Shown piece by piece: positions 45,420 to 54,701 of a DNA stretch of 64,000 nucleotides. Positions within the stretch are counted from its first letter, which is position 1. The number at the start of each line of letters is the position of its first letter. The notes under the pieces were generated by a model. It was not told the origin of the DNA, did no database searches, and saw nothing but the letters and a program-made list of their open reading frames with translations. The position numbers and the translations under genes are program-made. This DNA comes from a virus, in the IMG/VR virus record IMGVR_UViG_3300037483_000453, positions 96,001 through 160,000 of that record. One strand, written 5' to 3'.

Positions 45420-46318
45420 GTTTCGAGCCTGTTGACGTCCACATAGTAGACCAGCTGAGTAGCCCTATTGAGGGCGTGCTTGTAAAGGTCTACGACCCAA
45501 CTGGTGCGACATTCTATACCCAGGCCACCACGAACGCTGAAGGGGTGGCCAGTATGCTGTTGGAGACGCTTGGTTACACCATGCGTCTTTACAAGTTCCA
45601 GAGTGGGTTTGCGCAGCCACAGCACTTTGTAGTGAATGCCCCCCCTGCGGTGAATAGCTTTAACGTACAGGGCGAATCCTTTGTGCTGCCTCTGGCTACG
45701 GACCCTCGGTTGTGCCGCTGTTCAGGCTATTTTAGGGACCTTGATGGTTCCCCCAAGCGCTACCTTGATATTCACGCCATTGGGCAGTTTGCTCCTATCC
45801 TACTAGATGATGCAGCAGTCATCAGTGAGGAGCGGCATCTACGTACGGATGAAAATGGCTATGCGCAGGTCGATCTCATCCGTGGTGCTAAGTACTGGGG
45901 GCGTGTTGAGTCACTGGGGAGCGCCATGGCAGCTGCTGGGACAAGCACAGACCTCCGATGCATCAGTGTCCCGGATGCTGCAAGCGCGAGTCTCCCCAAC
46001 CTCCTGCTGCCCATCGTGGACAAGATAGTGGTGTCACCCGTGGGCCCCTACTCTTTGACTGTTGGGTCAGAGGTCACCGTAACGCCTGAGATTTATGACA
46101 GCGCGGGTGCGCTGCTTGAGGGCACCGCGACTGGTGACGTGCAGTGGAAGTCAAGCGACGAGGCTGTCTTGAGGGTCACCGCGGCTCAAAACACCTTGGT
46201 CCTCCGGGGTAATGCACCCGGAACCGCCCAGCTTCTTGCTACACGAAAAGATTCATCTATCATCAAAATACCCAATGTACCCATCATGGGACAACCTCTC
46301 GATGTGACAGTTACGTGA
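45416..46318 (+). CDS. putative virion protein with prealbumin-like and C-terminal Ig-like (Big_2-type) domains
   Basis: IEGVLVKVYD...TTNAEGVA; VQWKSSDEAVLRV...GNAPGTAQLLAT. Confidence 0.7.
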   Translation: MSFEPVDVHIVDQLSSPIEGVLVKVYDPTGATFYTQATTNAEGVASMLLETLGYTMRLYKFQSGFAQPQHFVVNAPPAVNSFNVQGESFVLPLATDPRLCRCSGYFRDLDGSPKRYLDIHAIGQFAPILLDDAAVISEERHLRTDENGYAQVDLIRGAKYWGRVESLGSAMAAAGTSTDLRCISVPDAASASLPNLLLPIVDKIVVSPVGPYSLTVGSEVTVTPEIYDSAGALLEGTATGDVQWKSSDEAVLRVTAAQNTLVLRGNAPGTAQLLATRKDSSIIKIPNVPIMGQPLDVTVT

Positions 46319-47124
46319 GGGTTGCCAGTACCACAGTTTCGTTGAAGGCCGCTCAGGTTGCCTCGATGGCTGTGGCTTCGCTGGCATCATTGCAGACCGA
46401 CTTTCCTGAGGTCAGGGGCCCTATGAGCCTCTGCGCCAAGATCCTCAACGGCATGGTGGCTGCCCTGTCTGCCAAGCCTGCAAGTGAGCACCCCAAGCGT
46501 CGCCTGAGGGGCCCCAAGACGCCAAGGCCGCCGAGACAGCGCAGCATCAGGGCCGTGCCTGCCCGAGCGCCTAGGAGGGCCCTGGTGTATGAGGAACGCA
46601 CTGCTTGGGAGCCTAGTTCACCTCAGGAGGCCAGTCGCTGCAGAGCGTTGCTACTAGAGATACTGAGGCGTGCTGCCCATGACTGGGTTCTGTATCGCCA
46701 GAGCTCAAGGCTAACGAGCAAGGAGTGTGCTCAAGATGCCTACACGTGGCTTTTTGAAGAAACCACTGAGCATCCAGCTGGAAGGCACCGTGCGACCGCT
46801 GTGTTCGAGTTTGAGGATGGTGAAGTGACGGGGGTGCGTAGCATCACATCCTTTTTGGGTATCTGTGAAGCACTGGATTTAGACCCTGACACCGTGAGAA
46901 CCAGGGTACGCCAGATGGACATACAGACCATCATTTCGGCCGGACGGCCAGCAGAGACCAGGCGAGTGAAGCGGAATGAGGTTTCTGGGGTAGAGGATGC
47001 GGGACTTTCGATTGATGTAAACGTCGACCCCAGGGATTACCGCTATGAGACACAGTATGAATCCTACGGCAGTGTTGCCACACCTGAGATGCTCAGCATC
47101 AATGACATAGCTGGGATTTACTGA
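46315..47124 (+). CDS. hypothetical protein (start uncertain)
   Basis: LLLEILRRAAHD...AYTWLF...SFLGICEALDLDPDTVR pattern typical of a widespread uncharacterised family. Confidence 0.6.
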   Translation: MRVASTTVSLKAAQVASMAVASLASLQTDFPEVRGPMSLCAKILNGMVAALSAKPASEHPKRRLRGPKTPRPPRQRSIRAVPARAPRRALVYEERTAWEPSSPQEASRCRALLLEILRRAAHDWVLYRQSSRLTSKECAQDAYTWLFEETTEHPAGRHRATAVFEFEDGEVTGVRSITSFLGICEALDLDPDTVRTRVRQMDIQTIISAGRPAETRRVKRNEVSGVEDAGLSIDVNVDPRDYRYETQYESYGSVATPEMLSINDIAGIY

Positions 47125-47176
47125 GGCTAAAAAGAGCGGCACAGTGAGCGCCCCACCCGAAGGCAGGGCGCTCACT
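47123..47176 (-). terminator. hairpin between convergent genes with the conserved tail GAGGCTAAAAAG
   Basis: AGTGAGCGCCC/GGGCGCTCACT 11-bp stem at 47143-47176; the T-run lies ~9 nt from the stem. Confidence 0.5.
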
Positions 47177-47181
47177 TGTCA

Positions 47182-47556
47182 CTAGGTGCCCTGGTTGGTG
47201 TAACGTGGGTGGCACATGGGGTGGTAGAGCTCACCCGTTGTATCACCTACTACTCCACGACGGGCATCGAGCGCTCGACCACACTCTGCACGCGAGCACC
47301 GTGTGGCTGGTACAGCGGGTGGCAAATAGCCGTAGCTGCGCAGCCAATCACCTACAATCGCAGCGTGCGCCTGGGGACTCTGTGGTGGTAGCAGTGGCTT
47401 AAACGCTGTACATGTGATGACGAAGCGCTCGAGTTCACTTGCACTCCCCAGTCTTTCGAGGAAATGGGGCACATCCTTTACAGGCATCCCCCGATGAATC
47501 AGGTTTTCGTAGGTACCGATCCGGTACTCGTGGGTTTCACGTCGCGGTCTGCTCAT
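47182..47556 (-). CDS. hypothetical protein
   Basis: GGGAGG RBS; CSRAEC...HPMC. Confidence 0.6.
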   Translation of the reverse strand: MSRPRRETHEYRIGTYENLIHRGMPVKDVPHFLERLGSASELERFVITCTAFKPLLPPQSPQAHAAIVGDWLRSYGYLPPAVPATRCSRAECGRALDARRGVVGDTTGELYHPMCHPRYTNQGT

Positions 47557-47685
47557 CAGTCAGTCCTCCCATGGAGACCCACCCTTCGGGGTGTGCCGGT
47601 TATTGATTTCAATGAAGGCCGCAGATATCGCGCTGCGGCGCCGCGCTTGTCACGCAGGGGGAGTTGCGTAACCAAGTCTGTGTGA

Positions 47686-48360
47686 CTAGGGCAAATCTAG
47701 GCAACGTACGACGGCAGATCCGTACCACACGCTGCCTACTCCGTGCCACCACGCACAAACCCATGCTTCAGGCTCATCCGGGTTGTATGCGTCCATCCCC
47801 ATGCTGTACAGCCTGGCCCAGGCATAGGCAGATGTACATCTGCCAGTCAGCACAATGTCGCCAGGGTCACACTCAACCCGGATCTCTGCGTACTCAGAGG
47901 GACCATTACCTTTTTCCACAAATCTGGTGTAAAACGAGCCTGGGTTGAACAGGCCATCACTTCCATTGTCACCCTTTGGCCCTTGTGGACCCGCTGGACC
48001 TGTCTGGCCTTGCGGACCGGGTTGGCCTGTCAGTCCCATTGCACCTCGTAGCCCTTGCGGGCCGGTGGGCCCCTGTAGTCCTTGCGGTCCTTGCGGTCCT
48101 TGAGGTCCCTGGGCTCCAGTGGGCCCGATATCCCCTTGCGGTCCTTGGGGGCCTATGGGCCCAGCATCCCCCTGGGGACACACGAGCTGTTGCTCTTCAC
48201 AGAGCGCGGAAGCGGTGGCCTGCACGGAATCGCTTGAGCCACTGGAACTCGAGGTATCGGAACTCTCAGGCATCCACGTAGGTTCCGAGGGTTCGCTGCT
48301 GCAGGCGAACAGGGCGCACACAGACAGCAACAGGACGCTGAGTAGGTTGTGGTTTTTCAT
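47686..48360 (-). CDS. collagen triple-helix repeat lipoprotein
   Basis: AAGGAG RBS; signal peptide [20 protein letters not shown]; 24 G-X-Y triplets; C-terminal [12 protein letters not shown] domain. Confidence 0.85.
   Translation of the reverse strand: MKNHNLLSVLLLSVCALFACSSEPSEPTWMPESSDTSSSSGSSDSVQATASALCEEQQLVCPQGDAGPIGPQGPQGDIGPTGAQGPQGPQGPQGLQGPTGPQGLRGAMGLTGQPGPQGQTGPAGPQGPKGDNGSDGLFNPGSFYTRFVEKGNGPSEYAEIRVECDPGDIVLTGRCTSAYAWARLYSMGMDAYNPDEPEAWVCAWWHGVGSVWYGSAVVRCLDLP
47956..48171 (-). repeat. collagen G-X-Y repeat tract (24 triplets)
   Basis: [12 protein letters not shown] ... GPK GDN GSD counted from the translation. Confidence 0.9.
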
Positions 48361-48417
48361 ACTGTCTCCTTGGTTGTTTGTGTCTGTGGTACTGCGTTGT
48401 TGTACCTCTTCATTGTT

Positions 48418-48425
48418 CTTATCAC
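48418..48425 (-). promoter_or_regulatory. candidate phage promoter -10 element GTGATAAG
   Basis: CAAAA 14 nt upstream; 58 nt before the lipoprotein ATG. Confidence 0.55.
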
Positions 48426-48452
48426 CGATTTCACCCATATTTTGGAGTAGGC

Positions 48453-48791
48453 ATGGCTAACAACGACAAACAGGTTATCAACTTCGCAAAAGAAGTTAAG
48501 AAACGCACCGGGGTCGAGCTCGACGAGGAGAAGATCGCACGTGGGACCCCAGCTCGTGTACCGGTGGATGTTGAGCACGATCACATCGTTCGCTTGGCTA
48601 TGAGCCTGCTGAGCGTGATACGCAATGAGGGTAACTCCGTCGTTATCGTTGCTGCACTGCAACTAGTGGGCAACACAATGAGTGAAGAACTCATACGAGC
48701 CGTAGGCAGTAAGCAAGCAGCCAAGATAGCGGCAGCCGCCACAGTTCTCAGCAGCCAGTACAAACCGGAGTTCCCCAATGAAACAGCTTAG
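48453..48791 (+). CDS. hypothetical protein
   Basis: GGAG RBS; divergent from the lipoprotein gene. Confidence 0.7.
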   Translation: MANNDKQVINFAKEVKKRTGVELDEEKIARGTPARVPVDVEHDHIVRLAMSLLSVIRNEGNSVVIVAALQLVGNTMSEELIRAVGSKQAAKIAAAATVLSSQYKPEFPNETA

Positions 48792-49140
48792 CCGGTGGCA
48801 GCTGCTGCTGAAGACGTCACCCAGTGGCAAGGCGTTGTTCGTCTGTCAGGCATGCGGGGTGGTAAGTCCTGCACCAACCATAGAATGTACAACCATGGTG
48901 GATGTGATGAGCGAGGGTAACTGTTACAAGGTGCCCTGCAGCTCATGGCCCCTTGATCCACAGGAGTACATACGCATGTCCAAAGCAACCAAGGGGCTAA
49001 GCGCGTATATCAGTGGTATTGTGGTTCTTTCTGATGGAACTACCGTTGATGTGTCTACGGTAGTTCCAGAAGCAATGGGACGCGAGATTGTTGTACTCAG
49101 TGTGTGCGGTACCTTCACAGGCAGCGCCTATGTGGTGTAG
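48778..49140 (+). CDS. Cys-motif hypothetical protein
   Basis: GGAG upstream; FVCQACG. Confidence 0.55.
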   Translation: MKQLSRWQLLLKTSPSGKALFVCQACGVVSPAPTIECTTMVDVMSEGNCYKVPCSSWPLDPQEYIRMSKATKGLSAYISGIVVLSDGTTVDVSTVVPEAMGREIVVLSVCGTFTGSAYVV

Positions 49141-49158
49141 TGGGTCACTTCAGTCTGA

Positions 49159-49404
49159 CTAGGCTGTGGGCTCCGCAGCCAAAACATCGAGGAGTACGGT
49201 GCGACGGTCCTCGGGCGAGAGGTGCTCCACGCCTGGCTCACGGAACATGGACCAGCAACAGCAGGGGTCATTAGAGCCGCTCTCGGATGGACCCAGTACG
49301 ATATAAACCGAGCCCTTGCGGTATGCGTGGCCCGCGACCGCATCACTGCCGAGACCCTGTACCAGGCGGTTGAGGAGGAGTGAGCATGTCCACCGTCCGG
49401 ACAC
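49159..49404 (-). CDS. small hypothetical protein
   Basis: 81 aa; start uncertain. Confidence 0.35.
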   Translation of the reverse strand: MSGRWTCSLLLNRLVQGLGSDAVAGHAYRKGSVYIVLGPSESGSNDPCCCWSMFREPGVEHLSPEDRRTVLLDVLAAEPTA

Positions 49405-49513
49405 TGGTGCCCATTCCCCTTGGTACAGAGTAAGTAGGCTGTATGCAGGAAAGCTGAGTCGTGAACCAGGTTGTAGATGCTCCGCATCTTCTTCCCGGCT
49501 TCGGCCTTCGTGC

Positions 49514-50017
49514 CTATTTTACGAAGGTGCTTGGGCCCATGTACAGCAGTCGGTCAGCGAATACAAACACGGGTAGTTCGGGACCGTAGTCGATCCCCTT
49601 CTCGGTGAGGGTAGGTTGCGGAATGATCAGGTTTGGGTAACTCAACCCAGCGCCCTGCGGTACTGCGACCAGCCACGGGTACTGGTTCTTTTTGAACCAG
49701 AGCATAGGTACGCCCCCCTCCTCGGCGGCCAGGCGTTGTGACTGTATCCACCAGTCCCATACAGGCTGCCGCTTACCAGCCACCAGATCGTCCATGCTCC
49801 AGTCCTTGCAGTGATTTACCTTGACCGTGAAAGGGAACTCGTCGGCCGTCGTCATCAAATCGCCTGATGCCCTGAAGAGGTAGTCACGACCTCTCCATTT
49901 ACCGCCCAGCGGCGTCGGTTTGAACTCGCACATTGGCTCTAAGATCTGCCACCACGAGGCCAGCAACATGGCTACCTCGCGCTCGGCTCGGCGTTCCTTG
50001 GCTTTGCTTTGTGTCAT
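49514..50017 (-). CDS. Holliday-junction-resolvase-like PD-(D/E)xK protein with altered catalytic motif
   Basis: SKAKERRAEREVA, ASGDL, FPFTVKVNH, WDWWIQS, VPMLWFKKN layout; GGAGGAG RBS. Confidence 0.65.
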   Translation of the reverse strand: MTQSKAKERRAEREVAMLLASWWQILEPMCEFKPTPLGGKWRGRDYLFRASGDLMTTADEFPFTVKVNHCKDWSMDDLVAGKRQPVWDWWIQSQRLAAEEGGVPMLWFKKNQYPWLVAVPQGAGLSYPNLIIPQPTLTEKGIDYGPELPVFVFADRLLYMGPSTFVK

Positions 50018-50703
50018 GCCGGCTCCTCCTCGGTCAGTAACTCAGCCAGCCTAGCTACGGCCGCCTGGGCATAGAAGACCCGCGGCGCGACGACCATCCC
50101 CAGGTTGAACAGGTCTTCAGCTTCAAAACAAGTGTCGGGGTAGTCGTACAGGAAGTGAGTCAGACGGTCGGGCCCCTCGTCACAATGTGAGTGGTGTGCC
50201 TCCACCAGTGCACACACGTGAGCGTCGTGGTGAGGGGTGACATGGGTGAATCTCGGGTGCCGCAGGAGCTCGGCCAGTTCTATATCGACGTTACTATCCT
50301 TCGCGTCGTGGCGCAGGTGGTCCTCGATCATTGAAGCCATGTCGCTCTGTGCCACACACACATCATAGACTTCACAAATCCTCCCTCCATCAGACATGCC
50401 GATACGCGCCTTCTCGGCGATGTAGTCTATGTCCGTGCAGCCGCCCATCCAGAAGACGCGGCTCTGATGGTCGCCGAGATTGCCGCCCTTGAATACAACC
50501 ACATCATTATCACCACCAACGACAAGCGCTTGGTGACCCAAGCCCACGATCTCCGCGCCCATATTCCATGTCCAACCAGCATTGTCGATGGTTCGCTGGA
50601 GTACCCACCGGCCGTCACCGCGTGACGAAATGGTATGGTGCTTGAATGCCTTGCGTGATTGTGCCCACAGCATTTTGACGTAATCCTCTCGTGTACTAGT
50701 CAT
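50014..50703 (-). CDS. hypothetical protein
   Basis: GGGAG RBS; motif promoter upstream; 229 aa. Confidence 0.7.
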   Translation of the reverse strand: MTSTREDYVKMLWAQSRKAFKHHTISSRGDGRWVLQRTIDNAGWTWNMGAEIVGLGHQALVVGGDNDVVVFKGGNLGDHQSRVFWMGGCTDIDYIAEKARIGMSDGGRICEVYDVCVAQSDMASMIEDHLRHDAKDSNVDIELAELLRHPRFTHVTPHHDAHVCALVEAHHSHCDEGPDRLTHFLYDYPDTCFEAEDLFNLGMVVAPRVFYAQAAVARLAELLTEEEPA

Positions 50704-50741
50704 CCGGTTCTCCCATTATGGTTTCGTAGTTTCACACAGCT

Positions 50742-50749
50742 CTTATCCC
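50742..50749 (-). promoter_or_regulatory. candidate phage promoter -10 element GGGATAAG
   Basis: Intergenic, 39 nt before ATG at 50703; upstream A-rich box absent. Confidence 0.45.
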
Positions 50750-50791
50750 CTAAGGTCAGATGGAATACACTAGAGAGGAGGTGATCAATCG

Positions 50792-50980
50792 ATGGCCGAA
50801 AAAGCAATGTGTCCCATTTGTGCAACAAGGCTTTCGTTGACACCCTTTGGGTTGTTACCTGGGCATCCTCAGGAACCAAAGACTGTGAAGAGGCAGGTAC
50901 CCTGCACTGGTTCGGGATACACTGTGAAAGAGGCTATGCAGATCTTCGGTAGGGGTAGAACACCTGAGTACAAGAAATGA
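50792..50980 (+). CDS. small Cys-motif protein
   Basis: GAGGAGGTG RBS; CPIC...H...C. Confidence 0.65.
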   Translation: MAEKAMCPICATRLSLTPFGLLPGHPQEPKTVKRQVPCTGSGYTVKEAMQIFGRGRTPEYKK

Positions 50981-51240
50981 CAGCACACGTTTACATAGTC
51001 GAATGCTCCGATGGCACGCTGTACACAGGGTGGTCCAGCCACTGGGAGAAACGGATTGAGCGGCACAACAAAGGCCGTGGGTCTAAATACACACGGTCGA
51101 GGTTACCTGTTAGGTTGGTCTACCTGGAACTGGCGGATGGAAAGAGTGAGGCTCTGCGACGAGAAGTTGAGATCAAAAACTTGTCCCGCACGCAGAAGCT
51201 GAAGATGGCCGAAGGGTATCGGAGAGTGTTGAATGGCTGA
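50977..51240 (+). CDS. GIY-YIG nuclease (UPF0213-like)
   Basis: HVYIVECSDGTLYTG...RIERHNKGRGSKYTRSRLPVRLVY...ALRREVEIK. Confidence 0.9.
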   Translation: MTAHVYIVECSDGTLYTGWSSHWEKRIERHNKGRGSKYTRSRLPVRLVYLELADGKSEALRREVEIKNLSRTQKLKMAEGYRRVLNG

Positions 51241-54200
51241 CTACACAAACGCTGAGATCCAAACCTCGGTAGAAAAGATTGTTCGGTCTACAATACGTAA
51301 ACCATACGGCGTACTTGGTAATCGGGATACGCAAACGACGTTCAATGACCTCCAGGACGCTGCTTCCGGTGTCTATATTCTGAAACCAAACGCCCCTTTC
51401 TACACTGTCTTTCTGGGTACCAAACGGCTAACACAACGGGTGTCTGAAGAGCAGAATATTATCAGTGCACTCATCGAAGCTATCGAGAATACAAACCGCC
51501 GTGTGGCTGAGATAGACAACCTTGCTCCGCTCAATAATGCACGTGCTGCATTGGACGCATTGAGTGGTGCGGCAGGGTCCAGGAACAGTGTTTTTCAGAC
51601 CATTGAAAGCGTGCCTGCGTACCAACGATATGATGTGAATGTGCAACGGTTTTTGGATGAGTCATCCAAGCACTCCCGTAAGAATGGGCGCATTGTTTCT
51701 ACACCCCAGGAGAGTAGATCCAAGCTGGCTGGGCTGGTGCGAGATCTTATTTCTCAGCATGCCAGCCTGGTATCCAAAGCAGGCAGTCTTGGTGGTGCCA
51801 TTGATGACTTTGACAGCTTGTCTTTACCGAGCCTTGTGGCTCAGGGTGTCATCACCAATGCACGGGCTGTCTTGGAAAGTAGAATCTCAGAACTAGCGGG
51901 ATTGAGCCCTATAAATCGCCTCAATATTATCAGAGAAGTGACGCTAGACCTGCTCACAGGAAGAGCCGCTGTGGCTGGCCTGGGTTCACTCAGAGCTACT
52001 ACAACCTTCGCTCAGGTGGAGGGAGTTGGGGTGGTTTATGCAGACATAGATCACCCAGCCATAGCGGCCCAACTACCTGCTGAAATACTGGGTCCGTACC
52101 CCATCTATACAGGGCAGGCTAGCATCGATATTCGGGTGGATGATTCCTTCACTTTCCAGGCGCCTTTACCAGGTTCGTTTGTGGCCCAAATCAGTAGTGC
52201 TATGACGGAGCCTTATGCGGTAGTGGTTGGGCAAAATGATGAGCTCACTATCCAAACCCGTAACCCAGGTCTCACCCAAACTACGACTGTCATTTTGACG
52301 CCTGGGTCGACACAAAGTGCTGATGATGTGGCCTCTGATATCAATACCGCACTGCCCGCAAACTCCTTTGTTCTGGCTGAGTCGGTGTTTCAGACATTCA
52401 GGTTCATTGGAGTCGTAGATTTAGACCAAACAGGCTCCCTGAGTGACATGGACTTTGTATTACCCTCACCCGGTACTTGGTCTGCTCTCGGTACTCGCGA
52501 AGGGGACTATGTCAGAGTTACCGATGTCCTGAGTGCCAACTTTGGGTCTGAATACCAGGTAGACACAGGAGGTATTGCTGGTGGGACTCTCACGTGTACC
52601 CAGCTGAGTGGTCCAGCCCCCACAGATGAGGTTCTACAGAGAATAGAAGTGGGGTTTGGGCGTACTGTACGCCTTCGTATCAAGGACGCTGATGTAGCCG
52701 CTTCATTGTCCAACAGAACAACCATCACGTTTCCTTTGGGTGAGCCCCAAAGTGCTCTCGAAGGGAACCTGAGCTTGGTTACCCCAGTCCCAATGGCTCT
52801 GGGTTTTGGTATTGGTGCCCAGATACGTTCTCGGGCCACCTTGGCCACCCAGATTTCTCAGGATCTCCCTCAAGTGGCTACTACACAGACGGGTGGTGTA
52901 GCTCGTCTGGATGTCGATACTGAGTTCGTGGGTACCCTGTGGGATGGTCCAGGAAGGTCTGACCCAGACAATCCCAGCATCTTGCATGCCTACCGTTTGT
53001 GGGTACGAGCTGATGTCCCAGCGGGGCAGCTCAACCTTGTTATTCCCCTCTTGGTAGACCCAGCGGCTGGCGGTGTGGTGCCCGGTGATATTGTGAGGAT
53101 ACGAGAGACTCCGGTTGCAGCAGACCTAGCTGCCCTCGGCACAGTCATCACTGTAACCCCAACGTCTATCGTGGTCACATTCTCGGTGCCCCAAGCAGGC
53201 GGCACTGATTTGCAGCTAGAGGTTCAGCCACAGATCAGTAACAGCAGCGAATATCTTGAGGCCAGGGTCACTGGCAGTCCATCACAGGATGGGGAGTACT
53301 TCATGGACGCTGGGGGTCAGGTTGGGTCTATACCGGATTTTGTTATGGAGGGTCAGGTTTCTGCTCATCGTGGTCCAGGAGGCCAGCCAGTATTCTTTAA
53401 CCTCGAGTTGGGTTTCAACAGGGTCATTTTCAAGAGCACAACCACAGACCTAAGCACCAAAGTTGAGGTGTTTGATGGTGGGGGTGCCTCTGCGGCATCC
53501 AGGTTCTTTTCTAGCCTCCCTTCGAATGCCGTTGGCACCACCCCATACTTTCAACTGCCACACGATCCCAGGTCCATACAGCTCGGGGACACCCTTGAGT
53601 TTACTGAGAGCATCTACAACGTAGTCTCACAGTCTTTCTATATTGTGGGACTTGAGCTTAGCCAGCTTCTACTCGAGGTAGAGCCGGGTATGGCCACTGA
53701 TTTTGGTTCTGTGGCCATGACACAGGGAGCACCGCCCCCTTTTGGTAGGGTCAGGCTGGGTAAGAAGAATAACTACGTGGTGTTCGAAGAGGCATTGAGC
53801 ACCTGGTTGAACCTTCCGCAGAATGACGCAGCCTATTTTGTTGAGCTTCAGCGGCTACTCAACCCCTTGATCGTCAACAGCAACCCTACTGCTGCCCAAG
53901 TCAACACTGCCAAGCTTCACGTGCAACAGTTGCTAGCTACTCTTACCCGCCAAGGGGCTATTGTATCGGGAGCTGACCCTTCCGAATCGCTTGAGGCCAT
54001 CCTGATGAGCTACGTGGTGAGCCCAGTGGAAGAGGTAGATGTGCTCGTGGACACATACCTTGAGCGAGGGGCTACAAGAGGTGTGGATTTGCTGCTCGAA
54101 GGGAGATTCAGCAGCTTCTTTGGGTTGACCCCTGAAGCCATGAGCTATGATGGAGCTGCACGTGTTGCACTGCAGTTAGTACAGCGGTTGGATATGCCTG

Positions 54201-54355
54201 TGCGTAAAATCAACAGGCTGCAAGATTTGGCTCAGTCTCAGACTGTTGCAGAGTGGGAAGACCCGGACTTCGATTTTGACCAATCGGATGTGGACGACCC
54301 TGAGGATATTGAGATCCCAGCCGACTTTGCCGAGGTTTCTTCGCTTGGCAGGTGA
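51233..54355 (+). CDS. large putative virion structural protein (baseplate/fibre-associated)
   Basis: 1040 aa; helical ends and a beta-rich Thr/Gly/Val centre containing a sheath-insert-like segment. Confidence 0.6.
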   Translation: MADYTNAEIQTSVEKIVRSTIRKPYGVLGNRDTQTTFNDLQDAASGVYILKPNAPFYTVFLGTKRLTQRVSEEQNIISALIEAIENTNRRVAEIDNLAPLNNARAALDALSGAAGSRNSVFQTIESVPAYQRYDVNVQRFLDESSKHSRKNGRIVSTPQESRSKLAGLVRDLISQHASLVSKAGSLGGAIDDFDSLSLPSLVAQGVITNARAVLESRISELAGLSPINRLNIIREVTLDLLTGRAAVAGLGSLRATTTFAQVEGVGVVYADIDHPAIAAQLPAEILGPYPIYTGQASIDIRVDDSFTFQAPLPGSFVAQISSAMTEPYAVVVGQNDELTIQTRNPGLTQTTTVILTPGSTQSADDVASDINTALPANSFVLAESVFQTFRFIGVVDLDQTGSLSDMDFVLPSPGTWSALGTREGDYVRVTDVLSANFGSEYQVDTGGIAGGTLTCTQLSGPAPTDEVLQRIEVGFGRTVRLRIKDADVAASLSNRTTITFPLGEPQSALEGNLSLVTPVPMALGFGIGAQIRSRATLATQISQDLPQVATTQTGGVARLDVDTEFVGTLWDGPGRSDPDNPSILHAYRLWVRADVPAGQLNLVIPLLVDPAAGGVVPGDIVRIRETPVAADLAALGTVITVTPTSIVVTFSVPQAGGTDLQLEVQPQISNSSEYLEARVTGSPSQDGEYFMDAGGQVGSIPDFVMEGQVSAHRGPGGQPVFFNLELGFNRVIFKSTTTDLSTKVEVFDGGGASAASRFFSSLPSNAVGTTPYFQLPHDPRSIQLGDTLEFTESIYNVVSQSFYIVGLELSQLLLEVEPGMATDFGSVAMTQGAPPPFGRVRLGKKNNYVVFEEALSTWLNLPQNDAAYFVELQRLLNPLIVNSNPTAAQVNTAKLHVQQLLATLTRQGAIVSGADPSESLEAILMSYVVSPVEEVDVLVDTYLERGATRGVDLLLEGRFSSFFGLTPEAMSYDGAARVALQLVQRLDMPVRKINRLQDLAQSQTVAEWEDPDFDFDQSDVDDPEDIEIPADFAEVSSLGR

Positions 54356-54358
54356 CCC

Positions 54359-54390
54359 GAGGCTAAAAAGCTGACCCTGTTGGTCAGCTT
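54359..54390 (-). terminator. intrinsic terminator with the conserved tail GAGGCTAAAAAG
   Basis: AAGCTGACC-CTGTT-GGTCAGCTT perfect 9-bp stem with adjoining T-run on the minus strand; between convergent genes. Confidence 0.7.
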
Positions 54391-54407
54391 CACCTTGTAC
54401 TGTGGTC

Positions 54408-54701
54408 TCAGCACCATCTAACCTTGCCGTCATCGATCCAGTAGTGGGACTTGCATGGAAGCTGCCAGCTCCCGATCGATGGACTGAGCGACGGTCCTTC
54501 CTCCGACTCACGGAAGGCCCACCTGGTCGGACCCAGAGGTGTCACCACCTCGTTTTCGCAGCCACACGCGCAGAGGTGCACAGCGACGTCGAACTCCTCC
54601 GAGACGTACAAGATGCCAGGCTCCAGCTCCTTCGGCATGTGGTGGACGCGCTGGAGCTTGAGCCTCGTCATCAGCGCCGGGTCGGTCTCACCCTTGTTCA
54701 T
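54408..54701 (-). CDS. DUF6527-like protein
   Basis: LEPGILYVS...HLCACGC...VVTPL..TRW...PSLSPSIGSWQLPCKSHYWIDDGKVRWC. Confidence 0.7.
   Translation of the reverse strand: MNKGETDPALMTRLKLQRVHHMPKELEPGILYVSEEFDVAVHLCACGCENEVVTPLGPTRWAFRESEEGPSLSPSIGSWQLPCKSHYWIDDGKVRWC

Noticed and set aside
50977-51240. Homing endonuclease or intron
   Set aside because: The short UPF0213-type GIY-YIG lacks a DNA-binding extension and does not interrupt a gene
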